DNA from: Deltaproteobacteria bacterium
Lineage (GTDB): Bacteria > UBA10199 > DSSB01 > JACPFA01
Reading direction: 5' to 3'
DNA length: 64,000 bases
Assembly: GCA_016183235.1 (NCBI GenBank)
Contig: JACPFA010000025.1
Location: 4,709-68,708 of the forward strand
The stretch's first letter is position 1. Each line of letters begins with the position of its first letter. Under the pieces are notes generated by a model that worked only from the letters and a program-made list of their open reading frames with translations, did no database searches and had not been told where the DNA came from. A program made the translations under genes and the position numbers. Positions 53,927 to 63,384 of this stretch are shown here, piece by piece.

Positions 53927-54685
53927 TTATAATCTCTTTTTAAACGTCACCACAAATGTTTCCGACACTGCCCCAGCCGGTGGTGGCGAAAAAGGATTCG
54001 AGGCTTGAATCGCGCGCATGCAAGCCGCATCAAACGCACCGTTGCCCGAGGTCTTACGAAAGCTAGCCGAGATCAGCGACCCACTTGGGCTTAAGCGAAA
54101 CGTAATCGTTGTACTTAAAACCGTATCGCTTACTTGCGATTGCCAATAAAGATTGCGTTGCACCTTGGCCTTTACCATGGCTCGATATTGCGCAATGGCG
54201 GGGTCATCCGCCAAGATAGGCCCGCCTTCACTTCCACTCGGTAAGCCGGGCCCGGTGTTTTCAACCTTCTCTCTATTTTGTAATTCTTGATTTACTTTAG
54301 ATAAGGCCTCCTGAATATTTTGATTATCAGGTTTTGGTTTTTTTTGAGTAGTTGTTGGGGCGTTGATAGATTTTTTATTCGTGGTGGGTTGGGGCTTATT
54401 ATTAACCACAGGTTTGCTGATAGGTTCTGGTTTTTTTACTTCTTGAATTGGTTTGGGTGTAGGTGCAATCATCGGATGTTCAACCGGGGCGCTGGTGGCC
54501 ACCGGCGAAGGATTTTTTGAAAATCGAATAAAAGTAATTTTGCTGGCGGGGACTTCTTCCTGGCGAAACAGCTCCCCTGCAATGATTGCAAAAATGAACA
54601 TTAGCAGGTGAAAGACCACCGAGATGAGTAAAGACCCTGGCAGCGTAGGTGAGTCTTTAAATTCCTGAACCGCTTTGTAGGACAT
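53927..54685 (-). CDS. tolA: TolA/TonB-family energy transducer
   Basis: N-terminal TM anchor, Pro/Lys-rich spacer (PKPIQEVKKPEPISKP..), C-terminal TonB-like domain. Position between tolR and tolB. Confidence 0.7.
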   Translation of the reverse strand: MSYKAVQEFKDSPTLPGSLLISVVFHLLMFIFAIIAGELFRQEEVPASKITFIRFSKNPSPVATSAPVEHPMIAPTPKPIQEVKKPEPISKPVVNNKPQPTTNKKSINAPTTTQKKPKPDNQNIQEALSKVNQELQNREKVENTGPGLPSGSEGGPILADDPAIAQYRAMVKAKVQRNLYWQSQVSDTVLSTTITFRLSPSGSLISASFRKTSGNGAFDAACMRAIQASNPFSPPPAGAVSETFVVTFKKRL

Positions 54686-54712
54686 GGCTTACAACCCCTT
54701 AAGAATCTTTTT

Positions 54713-55147
54713 TTAAGAGCCTCCTTGGTTTTCAAACTCGGTGTCGAGGCCTACTTTTTCGATCCCTAAATTTTTGCATACCCCCATGACTTTAACAACG
54801 TGCCCATAAGGGACTTGTTTGTCGGCGCGGATAAAGATTTCTTTGCGGGCCGTATCTTTGTAAATAGAGCTCAGTTTGTCGGAAATGTTGACCGTATTAT
54901 AGCTCACCGATTTGTCGTCGTTAATATAAATTTGACCGGCTTGGGTGATGGTTAAAACCGTGTCTTCGGGTTTTTTCTGAGTGGCACTACTACTAGACAC
55001 CTCCGGAATGTCCACTTCAATGCCTTGCTGCAATAGCGGTGCAGCAATCATAAAAATAATTAAAAGCACCAACATAACATCCACCATGGGGGTGACGTTA
55101 ATTTCGGCCAACACCGAACGACCTTGTTTGTGGGAACTAAGCGCCAT
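54713..55147 (-). CDS. tolR: biopolymer transport protein TolR/ExbD
   Basis: 144 aa. EINVTPMVDVMLVLLIIFM is the ExbD/TolR signature. Confidence 0.9.
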   Translation of the reverse strand: MALSSHKQGRSVLAEINVTPMVDVMLVLLIIFMIAAPLLQQGIEVDIPEVSSSSATQKKPEDTVLTITQAGQIYINDDKSVSYNTVNISDKLSSIYKDTARKEIFIRADKQVPYGHVVKVMGVCKNLGIEKVGLDTEFENQGGS

Positions 55148-55155
55148 AAATTTCC

Positions 55156-55878
55156 TTAAAAATATTCGTGTTGAATGCGTCGTGTGAGATCCAACGAAAA
55201 ATCTTCATAATCGCGAGCCAAGGCTTTTATTTTGGTTACGAAATAGTTGTAAAACACAACAGCCGGGATAGCCGCAGCCAGACCCACTGCGGTGGCGATC
55301 AATGCCTCAGCAATATAAGGCCCTACCACTTGAATCGAGCTTGAGCCTGAGCCTTCTTTTAAAACCCAAAAGGCCGTAAGGATACCCCACACCGTGCCAA
55401 ACAAACCAATAAACGGGCAGGCGGATGCCGTGGTGGCTAAAAAGGGAGTGAATTGTTCCAGCCTTCCGGTTTCGTTATCGCTACTTTGTTGGATGCGTTT
55501 TCGCACATGGTCTAAATCTAATTTAGCAGGATAAGTGGGGTCTTTGGCCTTGGCCTGTTTGATTAAAAGAATATCGCGCAGCCCAGAAAGAAAAATTTCG
55601 TAAAGCGGGCTTTCTTCACTACCTTTCCGTTTGGTTAAAATTTCTTCTAGTCGAGGCGCGTTTTCAAAGGTTGCTAAAAATTTCCCCGAGCTGCGGCGAG
55701 CCTTTTTGATTTGAAAAAATTTGTAGAGGATAATCGTCCAAGAAAAAATGGAAAAGAAAAGCAGTATCGCCAAAGTTAGCTGCACAATGGGGTCGCTGCC
55801 CAAGGCTAATTCTAAAATATTGATTTTTTGACCGCGATGGGCCACTTCAGCCTGTAAAAATAATACGCTCCAAAGCAT
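55156..55878 (-). CDS. tolQ: proton channel protein TolQ/ExbB (MotA family)
   Basis: 240 aa with three TM spans. FIGLFGTVWGI and ALIATAVGLAAAIPAVVFYN are canonical. Confidence 0.9.
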   Translation of the reverse strand: MLWSVLFLQAEVAHRGQKINILELALGSDPIVQLTLAILLFFSIFSWTIILYKFFQIKKARRSSGKFLATFENAPRLEEILTKRKGSEESPLYEIFLSGLRDILLIKQAKAKDPTYPAKLDLDHVRKRIQQSSDNETGRLEQFTPFLATTASACPFIGLFGTVWGILTAFWVLKEGSGSSSIQVVGPYIAEALIATAVGLAAAIPAVVFYNYFVTKIKALARDYEDFSLDLTRRIQHEYF

Positions 55879-56130
55879 GGCTAGTTCACTCCTTTTGATA
55901 GATAAACGTTGGGATTGACATGAACGGGCTCAACTCTACTTGCGAATTTTAAAAAAGTCAACCCGGCCCCTTCTGTACAAAATAGACGAACTCCTTGAAA
56001 TTAAATAACTTAACTCTCCATGACCAAGATCAGTAGGGCTTAAAAAAAAGGTTGTTGACAGAACCCCTATAATTACTTAAAAATTTCAGTCGACCGTTTA
56101 CGCGTAACCTATAAAAATCGAGGGTGTCTT

Positions 56131-56535
56131 ATGTGGATTCAAAATGTCATGAATGAAGCTTTGCAACGGGGTGAAAAAATAAAAAACCAAATTGTGCAAG
56201 GTGTTTTGAGTTCAAAGACACTTGAAGAATTGTTATCTAACGAAAAAGTATTGCGTTCGGTGACCAAGGCTTTTTCGACCAAGCAACAATTAGAAAAAAC
56301 GCTGCGCACTAATTTACGCAAGGCGCTTAAGTTTATTGAAATCCCTTCTCGTGAAGATCTTCGTCACATGCAAACCAAAATCTCACAACTAGAAACTGAG
56401 ATGGATGGTATTCATCGCAAAATCATGACCAGCAAACTTCGTCATGAGTCTCCTGTCAAAGCCGCAAAAAAAAAAGTGAGTAGAGTTCTTAAAAGAACCA
56501 CGAAAAAAACTTCTCTGATCAAGCGATCAAAATAA
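56131..56535 (+). CDS. coiled-coil protein, phasin/PHA-granule-associated-like (tentative), Lys-rich tail
   Basis: 134 aa. IPSREDLRHMQTKISQLETEMD resembles the PHA granule protein family motif. Basic C-terminus KAAKKKVSRVLKRTTKK. Confidence 0.45.
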   Translation: MWIQNVMNEALQRGEKIKNQIVQGVLSSKTLEELLSNEKVLRSVTKAFSTKQQLEKTLRTNLRKALKFIEIPSREDLRHMQTKISQLETEMDGIHRKIMTSKLRHESPVKAAKKKVSRVLKRTTKKTSLIKRSK

Positions 56536-56539
56536 CCCG

Positions 56540-57358
56540 TTGAGTTATAGGTTTTGTGTGGCTGTTAAAAAACCGGCGATTGGTATCTTTGATTCAGGTC
56601 TAGGTGGGTTAACGGTTTTAAGCGCCATTCAAAAACAAATTCCGCAAGAAAATTTGATTTATGTGGGTGATACGGCTCGCGTGCCTTATGGTACCAAGTC
56701 AAAAGAAACTGTTACCCGCTATGCCTTGCAAATCACGGAGTTTCTGGTGGGGCAAGGGGTGAAGGCTCTCGTGGTTGCTTGTAATACCGCATCAGCCTTT
56801 GCGTTAACTCAATTAAAATCAAAGTTTGATATTCCCATTATCGGGGTGTTGCAGCCCGGGGCCAGGGCGGCGGTGGCAACCACTAAGCGTAAGCGGGTGG
56901 GTGTGATTGGCACCGAGGGCACCATTCGTTCGGGGGCTTATCGCCAAGCGATTTTAGAATTAGAGCCACAAGTACATCTTTGTATGAAGGCCTGCCCTTT
57001 GTTTGTGCCGCTAGTTGAAGAAGGTTGGGTGCAACATCCGGTCACCGAGTTGGTGGCCAAAACTTATTTGGAAGATTTTATTAAGGAAGATATTGATGCA
57101 CTGATCTTAGGTTGTACTCACTATCCCTTGCTTAAACCCATTCTCAAAGATGTGCTGGGCCCTGCTGTTTATTTGGTTGATTCTGCCCAAGAGACAGCCA
57201 ATGAATTGGTTAGCTTATTAAAAGCCAAAAATTTACAAAACGAATCGGGTAAGGGAAAACTAGAATTTTATTCAACCGATGCCCCGGATAAATTTCAAGC
57301 CCTCGCTGGCCGATTCTTGGCGCAGGCTGTCGAGTCAGTACATCTTCTAGAAATTTAA
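56540..57358 (+). CDS. murI: glutamate racemase
   Basis: IGIFDSGLGGLTV, VVACNTAS, LGCTHYP motifs. The start is uncertain (TTG 56540 or GTG 56558). Confidence 0.9.
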   Translation: MSYRFCVAVKKPAIGIFDSGLGGLTVLSAIQKQIPQENLIYVGDTARVPYGTKSKETVTRYALQITEFLVGQGVKALVVACNTASAFALTQLKSKFDIPIIGVLQPGARAAVATTKRKRVGVIGTEGTIRSGAYRQAILELEPQVHLCMKACPLFVPLVEEGWVQHPVTELVAKTYLEDFIKEDIDALILGCTHYPLLKPILKDVLGPAVYLVDSAQETANELVSLLKAKNLQNESGKGKLEFYSTDAPDKFQALAGRFLAQAVESVHLLEI

Positions 57359-57360
57359 TA

Positions 57361-57579
57361 TTCCGTAATGCCTCAGTTTTAGGGGTTTAGCTTTCCGAAA
57401 CCCTTTGCGCGAGAACGACGAGTCATGAGCATTTAAAAAACATATAGTTTGTAGAAGTTAGGGTATGACCAGAGGGAATACACTAACTTCTAAACAAACT
57501 AATGTTTTTTAAGTGCGAATACGAGGAGTGAAGCGCGGGTTGAGGAAAGCTAAACCCCTAAAACTGAGGCATTACGGAA
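57361..57579. repeat. long hairpin element LHE-F2 (219 bp)
   Basis: Arms TTCCGTAATGCCTCAGTTTTAGGGGTTTAGCTTTCC / GGAAAGCTAAACCCCTAAAACTGAGGCATTACGGAA. Core GAAGTTAG-GGTATGACCAGAGGGAATACA-CTAACTTC (loop 57462-57482). Confidence 0.9.
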
Positions 57580-57634
57580 TTCCTCATGCCACACTTGATC
57601 CGGTACCCATGATGGCGTATGGGTCAAACCTATT

Positions 57635-60600
57635 ATGGAAATTAAGCAGCGTGTTGACAAACTAATCAGTGCATTAGCACAGCGCATTCTTGTTTTAGAT
57701 GGGGCCATGGGCACGGCCATTCAAGGCTTTAACCTGGGGCCGTCTGATTTTAGTGGGGAACAATACGAAGGTTGCAATGAATATCTGATACTCACTCGCC
57801 CGGATGTCATTGAGAAAATTCATGCTAGTTATTTGGCAGCGGGGGCTGATATTTTAGAGACCAATACCTTTGGTGGCACGCCGCTGGTCTTGGCCGAGTA
57901 TGGCTTACAAGATCAAACCTATGAAATTAATTTTCAAGCAGCCAAGCTTGCCCGAAAAGTGGTGGAAAAGTTTAGCACGAAAGATTGGCCGCGCTTTGTG
58001 GCTGGATCCATAGGGCCTACAACTAAGGCTATCAGTGTTACCGGTGGGGTTACTTTTTCACAACTGATCGATCATTTTTATCACCAAGCCAAGGCCCTTT
58101 ATGAAGGTGGGGTCGATTATTTTTTGATCGAAACCTGTCAAGACACGCGTAATATTAAGGCCTGCCTGTTGGGGATTGATCGAGTTTTTGTTGAGAAGAA
58201 TGAAAAAATTCCGGTGGCCGTTTCGATTACCATTGAACCTACGGGTACTATGCTAGCCGGTCAATCCGCCGAAAGCCTGGCGGCAAGCCTGGCCCATCGT
58301 GAGCTATTATACGTCGGCCTTAATTGTGCCACGGGCCCAGCCTTCATGACCGATTCGATTCGTTCTTTAGCCGCGTTCACAGAAAGTCGCGTGGCTTGCG
58401 TGCCCAATGCAGGGTTGCCTGATGAAGAGGGGCGTTATTTAGAAACACCCGAAATGGTAGCGAAGGTGATTCGGGGTTTTGCTGAAAAAGGTTGGCTTAA
58501 TTTGGTGGGGGGCTGTTGTGGCACGGGGCCAGCGCATATCAAGGCCTTGCGGGCGGCTGTGCTTGACCAAAAACCTCGCGAGGTTAAGGCAAATCATCGG
58601 CATTTTCTTTCAGGCATCGACTATTTAGAAATCACCGATGAAATGCGGCCGGTATTGGTGGGGGAGCGCACCAATGTGATTGGCAGTCGTAAATTTAAAA
58701 ATCTTATCAGCGAAGGCAAATTTGAAGAGGCCAGTGAGATTGCCCGTCTGCAAGTAAAAAATGGGGCTCAAATTATTGATGTGTGTATGGCCAATCCCGA
58801 TCGCGACGAACCCGAAGACATGCAGCATTTTTTAGAACAGGTGATTAAAAAAGTAAAACCGCCACTGATGATTGATTCCACAGATGACAAGGTCATTGCA
58901 TTGGCGCTCACCTATTGCCAAGGCAAAGCTATCATCAATTCCATTAATCTAGAAGATGGTGAAGAGCGCTATCAAAAAGTATTGCCGCTGGCCAAACAAA
59001 TGGGGGCGGCTTTAGTTGTTGGTACGATCGATGAAGACAAGGTGCAAGGCATGGGGGTGACGCGCGAGCGCAAACTTTCCATTGCAGAACGATCCTATGA
59101 TTTATTGACGAAAAAATACGGGGTGAGGCCCGAAGATATTTATTGGGACTGTTTGGTGTTTCCGGTGGGTACCGGTGACGCCCAATATCGCACCAGTGCG
59201 ATTGAAACGGTCGAGGGGATTGGCTTGGTTAAAAAAGCCTTTCCCCGCACTCGCACAATTTTGGGTATTTCTAATGTCAGTTTTGGGTTGCCGCCGGCGG
59301 GCCGTGAAGTGCTGAATTCAGTTTTTTTGTATCACTGCGTGCAGGCGGGCCTTGATCTTGCCATCGTCAATACCGAACAATTGCAACGTTACTCTTCGAT
59401 TTTAGATACCGAGAAAAAACTTTGTGAAGATCTGTTGTGGCAACGAGGAAATGACGCACTAACCGTTTTTACCGAATATTTCCGAAAGGTTCAGAAAAAA
59501 GAAAAAAAGTTAAGCAGCAATTTAACTCTAGAAGAACGGCTGGCTAATTATATTTTAGAGGGTACCAAAGAAGGTTTAACTGCAGACATCGATCAGGCTT
59601 TGCAAAAATATAAACCCCTTGAAATCATCAATGGCCCACTGATGAAGGGCATGGATGAAGTGGGGCGCTTGTTTGCAAAAAACGAGTTGATTGTGGCCGA
59701 GGTGTTGCAAAGTGCTGAGGCCATGAAGGCAGCAGTGGCCAGGCTTGAACCCCACATGGACAAGGCCGATGGGGCACAAAAAGGTACAGTGATTTTAGCA
59801 ACCGTGAAGGGTGATGTGCACGATATTGGCAAAAATTTAGTAGATATTATTTTAAGTAATAATGGTTACAAGGTTATTAATTTGGGGATCAAGGTTCCTT
59901 CTGAACAACTCATTGCTGCGGTTAAACAACACCAGCCTAGGATTATTGGCCTTTCAGGGTTGTTGGTAAAATCAGCCCAACAAATGGTATTAACCGCTGA
60001 AGATTTATCTAAAGCCGGGATTAATTTGCCCGTATTGGTAGGGGGTGCGGCCCTTTCGGAAAAATTCACCCACAAAAAGATTGCCCCAGCTTATTCGGGG
60101 GTAGTGGCCTATGCTAATGATGCCATGAAAGGTTTAGAACTAGCCGATCATATTATCGATAAGGCCAAATTTGAGGTGTTGAAAAAAACCTTGGCCGAAA
60201 AAAGCAAATCTATTTTGCAAGAGCAAGAAAAATCAGAAGTTGCTCCCGTTTCAACTCCGGTTAAGAAAATAACTTTACTCAAAGAAGTCCCACCAGCCCC
60301 TGACTTTGAGCGCCATATTCTTGCTAACACACCACTCGATGAAATTTGGCGTTATATTAACCCGCTGATGCTTTATGGGCGGCACTTAGGCATCAAAGGC
60401 AAATGGGTAAAACTACTTGCCAAGGGTGAGTATCGCGAGCTGCGCGAATCCGATGAAGGCAAAAAGGCTATCGAAATTTGGGAGATCGTGCAGCAAATCA
60501 AACAAGATTATAAAAAGAAAGTTATTCGACCCAAAGCGGTGTATCAATTTTTCAAAGCTGCAAGTTTAGACAATCAACTCATGATTTATTCAAGTGATGG

Positions 60601-61171
60601 CAAAACAAAATTAGCCACGTTTGATTTTCCTCGGCAGAAATCAGGTGAAGGCTTGTGTTTGGCAGATTATGTATGGCCTCAACGTCATCCCGGGCTTGCC
60701 TGCCCCGGACCCCGATCCGGGGACCCGGGATCCATGATAACAAAGAATCTTCCATTTGATTCAGTTTGCTTATTTGCCGTTACCGCCGCCAGTGGTGATA
60801 GTGTTCGTCAAGAAGCCGAAAAATTAAAAGCAGCCGGCGAATATTTAAAATCACATGCCCTGCAGGCATTGTGTTTAGAAACCGCTGAGGGCTATGCCGA
60901 ATGGCTCCACGGGAAAATCCGCGGCTTTTGGGGGTTTCCGGATGGGCCTGATGTAACCATGATGGATCGTTTTCAAACTAAGTATCATGGCAAACGTTAT
61001 TCTTTCGGGTACCCAGCCTGCCCCAATTTAGAAGACCAAAAAATTCTATTTGAATTGCTCAAGCCTGAAGACATTGGCATTCAACTCACCGACGGATTCA
61101 TGATGGACCCTGAAGCCAGCGTTTCAGCCATCGTCTTCCACCACCCCGAAGCCACTTATTTCAATATATAA
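57635..61171 (+). CDS. metH: cobalamin-dependent methionine synthase
   Basis: 1178 aa with Hcy-binding, pterin-binding, B12 cap and B12-binding (GDVHDIGKN) regions and an AdoMet activation domain. Carries a 25-codon repeat-derived insert at 60683-60757. Confidence 0.95.
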   Translation: MEIKQRVDKLISALAQRILVLDGAMGTAIQGFNLGPSDFSGEQYEGCNEYLILTRPDVIEKIHASYLAAGADILETNTFGGTPLVLAEYGLQDQTYEINFQAAKLARKVVEKFSTKDWPRFVAGSIGPTTKAISVTGGVTFSQLIDHFYHQAKALYEGGVDYFLIETCQDTRNIKACLLGIDRVFVEKNEKIPVAVSITIEPTGTMLAGQSAESLAASLAHRELLYVGLNCATGPAFMTDSIRSLAAFTESRVACVPNAGLPDEEGRYLETPEMVAKVIRGFAEKGWLNLVGGCCGTGPAHIKALRAAVLDQKPREVKANHRHFLSGIDYLEITDEMRPVLVGERTNVIGSRKFKNLISEGKFEEASEIARLQVKNGAQIIDVCMANPDRDEPEDMQHFLEQVIKKVKPPLMIDSTDDKVIALALTYCQGKAIINSINLEDGEERYQKVLPLAKQMGAALVVGTIDEDKVQGMGVTRERKLSIAERSYDLLTKKYGVRPEDIYWDCLVFPVGTGDAQYRTSAIETVEGIGLVKKAFPRTRTILGISNVSFGLPPAGREVLNSVFLYHCVQAGLDLAIVNTEQLQRYSSILDTEKKLCEDLLWQRGNDALTVFTEYFRKVQKKEKKLSSNLTLEERLANYILEGTKEGLTADIDQALQKYKPLEIINGPLMKGMDEVGRLFAKNELIVAEVLQSAEAMKAAVARLEPHMDKADGAQKGTVILATVKGDVHDIGKNLVDIILSNNGYKVINLGIKVPSEQLIAAVKQHQPRIIGLSGLLVKSAQQMVLTAEDLSKAGINLPVLVGGAALSEKFTHKKIAPAYSGVVAYANDAMKGLELADHIIDKAKFEVLKKTLAEKSKSILQEQEKSEVAPVSTPVKKITLLKEVPPAPDFERHILANTPLDEIWRYINPLMLYGRHLGIKGKWVKLLAKGEYRELRESDEGKKAIEIWEIVQQIKQDYKKKVIRPKAVYQFFKAASLDNQLMIYSSDGKTKLATFDFPRQKSGEGLCLADYVWPQRHPGLACPGPRSGDPGSMITKNLPFDSVCLFAVTAASGDSVRQEAEKLKAAGEYLKSHALQALCLETAEGYAEWLHGKIRGFWGFPDGPDVTMMDRFQTKYHGKRYSFGYPACPNLEDQKILFELLKPEDIGIQLTDGFMMDPEASVSAIVFHHPEATYFNI
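60683..60757. repeat. SPE type B unit plus ATCTTCC tail inside the metH coding sequence (in frame)
   Basis: CGTCATCCCGGGCTTGCCTGCCCCGGACCCCGATCCGGGGACCCGGGATCCATGATAACAAAGAATCTTCCATTT, translated RHPGLACPGPRSGDPGSMITKNLPF. Compare the intergenic copy at 33154. Confidence 0.85.
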
Positions 61172-61205
61172 TAATGTCATTCAGAAATTTGTAAATTGCC
61201 GCACC

Positions 61206-61423
61206 TAAAAAGTTTTAGTGAAGCGGGCTAAGGGTGTTGTCAAGAACCCGCACCCGTAAAGCCTACTCGGCTCAAAAAATTATTTATTTTTATTGAATTA
61301 GAGTATTCCTCTGTCATCCTCTAATTCAAAAAAATAATATAATTTTTTGAACCTCCTACGGCTTTACTCCTGTGCTAAAAGGTTCTCGACAACACCCTTA
61401 GCCCGCTTCACTAAAACTTTTTA
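61206..61423. repeat. long hairpin element LHE-D3 (218 bp; D2 family, opposite orientation)
   Basis: Arms TAAAAAGTTTTAGTGAAGCGGGCTAAGGGTGTTGTC / GACAACACCCTTAGCCCGCTTCACTAAAACTTTTTA. Core loop TATTCCTCTGTCATC (61304-61318) is the reverse complement of the D2 loop. Confidence 0.9.
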
Positions 61424-61448
61424 TATCTCTGCAAATATTTCAGAAGAA

Positions 61449-61675
61449 GTCTTTTCGAAGCGGGGATAGGCAAATAGAGAGCCTTTTAGCGCAGGAGGTC
61501 GGATCCTTCGCCAAGCCTCAGGACAGGCTCCGGAGGGCTCAAAAATTTTATTGTTTTTTTGAATTAGAGGATGACGAAGGAATACTCTAATTCAACCAAA
61601 AACAAAAAATTTTTTAGCCCGAGTAGGCCGACCGGGCGCGGGCTCTCAATTTGCCTATCCCCGCTTCGAAAAGAC
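61449..61675. repeat. long hairpin element LHE-D4 (227 bp; D1-type outer arms, D2-type interior)
   Basis: Arms GTCTTTTCGAAGCGGGGATAGGCAAAT / ATTTGCCTATCCCCGCTTCGAAAAGAC. Interior GAGAGCCTTTTAGCGCAGGAGGTCGG .. CCGACCGGGCGCGGGCTCTC. Core loop GATGACGAAGGAATA (61570-61584). Confidence 0.9.
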
Positions 61676-61741
61676 GTGGAGATAATTGCAGATTTTTTAG
61701 CCTCAAGTTGTCTTGCCCATATTTTCATGCCATAATTATTT

Positions 61742-62749
61742 ATGGCTGTTTATCGGCAAGAGCGTGACAATATGAATCAGTGGGATGGGAAGGCCCATCC
61801 TTTTTTTGAAAGTTATTATTTGTATTGTCATGTGCAGCCTGAACAAAAGGCGTTTTGGATTCAATATAGTTTGTTGTCACCGCTGGCCCGCATGGGTCGC
61901 CCGAGTGCGTCGCTAAAATTTTTTTATTTTGATTTAGTTCAACCTAATAACCAATTTGCTTTAAAAAGTACTTTCAATGAAGAAGCGATTTTATGCGATC
62001 AAGATATTTTTTATTTTCAGCTCAAAGAATCCGCTATTTATAATAGTGGGATGAGGGGTGAAATATTGGGGAGTCACCAGGCAAAGTGGAACCTACAATA
62101 CGAACATGCTCTCAATAGTTTTGCCCTGTACCCCAGGGCTTTTTATTATTTTAGTTGGCCATCGGCTAAAATTATTTCTCCCAATTGGCAAATTAGTCTT
62201 TCAGGCGAAATACAGCTTGATGGAAAACAATTGCCGATACAAGCCATCCCTGGCACTCAAACTCATCAATATGGCACCAAACATTGGAATCATTGGGCCT
62301 GGTGTCATTTTAATCGCTTCTCCCAAGAAGGGGTGATTTTTGAAGCATTGGTAGGAGAATTACGATGGGAGAAAAAATGGAACCACTCACTCAGTTGGAT
62401 GGTTTTACGAGTGGGTGGTGAAATCTTTTACTTTAATCAATTGCTCCGTACTTTTTTTAATTATGCTAGTTATGATGTTGATGGTATGAATTTAGAAGCG
62501 ATTCGAGGGGCTTATAAGTTAGTTGTTGAAGTAACCAGCCTGTCAAATCGTATGATGGGGATGCAAGAGACCGATACCGATGGCACTAAGATTTATGTGC
62601 ATCGTGAGGGTTTTGCGACCTGTGATTTAAAATTGTTTGAACGAAAAGGCTCCCAGTGGAATCTAAAATATGAATTTCAAGCTAAAGAGAACGGGGCCTA
62701 TGAATGTGCCCATCGTAGCCTCGATCCCGATGTGCGTTTGGTAATTTAG
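61742..62749 (+). CDS. hypothetical protein, tocopherol-cyclase-like (tentative)
   Basis: 335 aa. HPFFESYYLYC and GTQTHQYGTKHWNHWAWCHFNRF are reminiscent of the FFEGWYF / EKNWG..W.W.Q.N.F motifs of tocopherol cyclase family proteins. Memory-based resemblance only. Confidence 0.4.
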   Translation: MAVYRQERDNMNQWDGKAHPFFESYYLYCHVQPEQKAFWIQYSLLSPLARMGRPSASLKFFYFDLVQPNNQFALKSTFNEEAILCDQDIFYFQLKESAIYNSGMRGEILGSHQAKWNLQYEHALNSFALYPRAFYYFSWPSAKIISPNWQISLSGEIQLDGKQLPIQAIPGTQTHQYGTKHWNHWAWCHFNRFSQEGVIFEALVGELRWEKKWNHSLSWMVLRVGGEIFYFNQLLRTFFNYASYDVDGMNLEAIRGAYKLVVEVTSLSNRMMGMQETDTDGTKIYVHREGFATCDLKLFERKGSQWNLKYEFQAKENGAYECAHRSLDPDVRLVI

Positions 62750-62751
62750 AT

Positions 62752-63384
62752 ATGAAAAGAAAAATCGTCGGTTTAGTTTTGATTTTTTCCAGCATGCTCT
62801 TTTTAATGACGGGCTTGCGCACTTGCGACCCAAAAATCACGGCGGGTTTTCCTACGGTGATGTTGGAAGTGCAATCTTCCTCTGTTGCCCAAAGTGGGCA
62901 ACCTATTCCCTTTACCGTGGGTAAGCTTAATAAGCTTGCCTTGTTGATCAATGCTGTGTTTGCAGGCCTTATGGCTGCTTTGCTCATTCGAGGATTGTGG
63001 CATTCATGGGGTCAAAGCCGATTAGCTTTTAGACTGGGCTGCTATTTTGTTTTCTACGCGGTTTTATGGAACACCTTGGTTAGAGGCAGCACCCTATTAT
63101 TTTCCGAGATCGAACCTAGCGTCGGTCAATGGATTGGTAACAATCTTACGGGTGTGGATCCAATATTTTTTCTCATCATGTGTCTTTTTTATGTATATAA
63201 CGATTGGTTAGGTTTGCAAGTGCCCACCTGGGACGCAACCGTTCCAGGATTTTTCCCCAGGTTTTATCCAGATGGCGAAGATCTTATTTACCGTCTCTTA
63301 TTCCTTTTCTCCCTTTTCGTTTTATTTGGAGTGGGTTGGTTATTAGGCTCAATCTTCTCAAAACGGGTTGATGAACATGATTAA
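62752..63384 (+). CDS. integral membrane protein, function unknown
   Basis: 210 aa with about 5 hydrophobic spans. Starts 3 nt after the preceding stop. Overlaps the next gene by 8 nt. Confidence 0.6.
   Translation: MKRKIVGLVLIFSSMLFLMTGLRTCDPKITAGFPTVMLEVQSSSVAQSGQPIPFTVGKLNKLALLINAVFAGLMAALLIRGLWHSWGQSRLAFRLGCYFVFYAVLWNTLVRGSTLLFSEIEPSVGQWIGNNLTGVDPIFFLIMCLFYVYNDWLGLQVPTWDATVPGFFPRFYPDGEDLIYRLLFLFSLFVLFGVGWLLGSIFSKRVDEHD

Noticed and set aside
57580-57634. Cobalamin or SAM riboswitch upstream of metH
   Set aside because: The leader is only about 55 nt beyond the hairpin element. I see no B12-box-like or other riboswitch core, and the long structure upstream belongs to the LHE repeat family.
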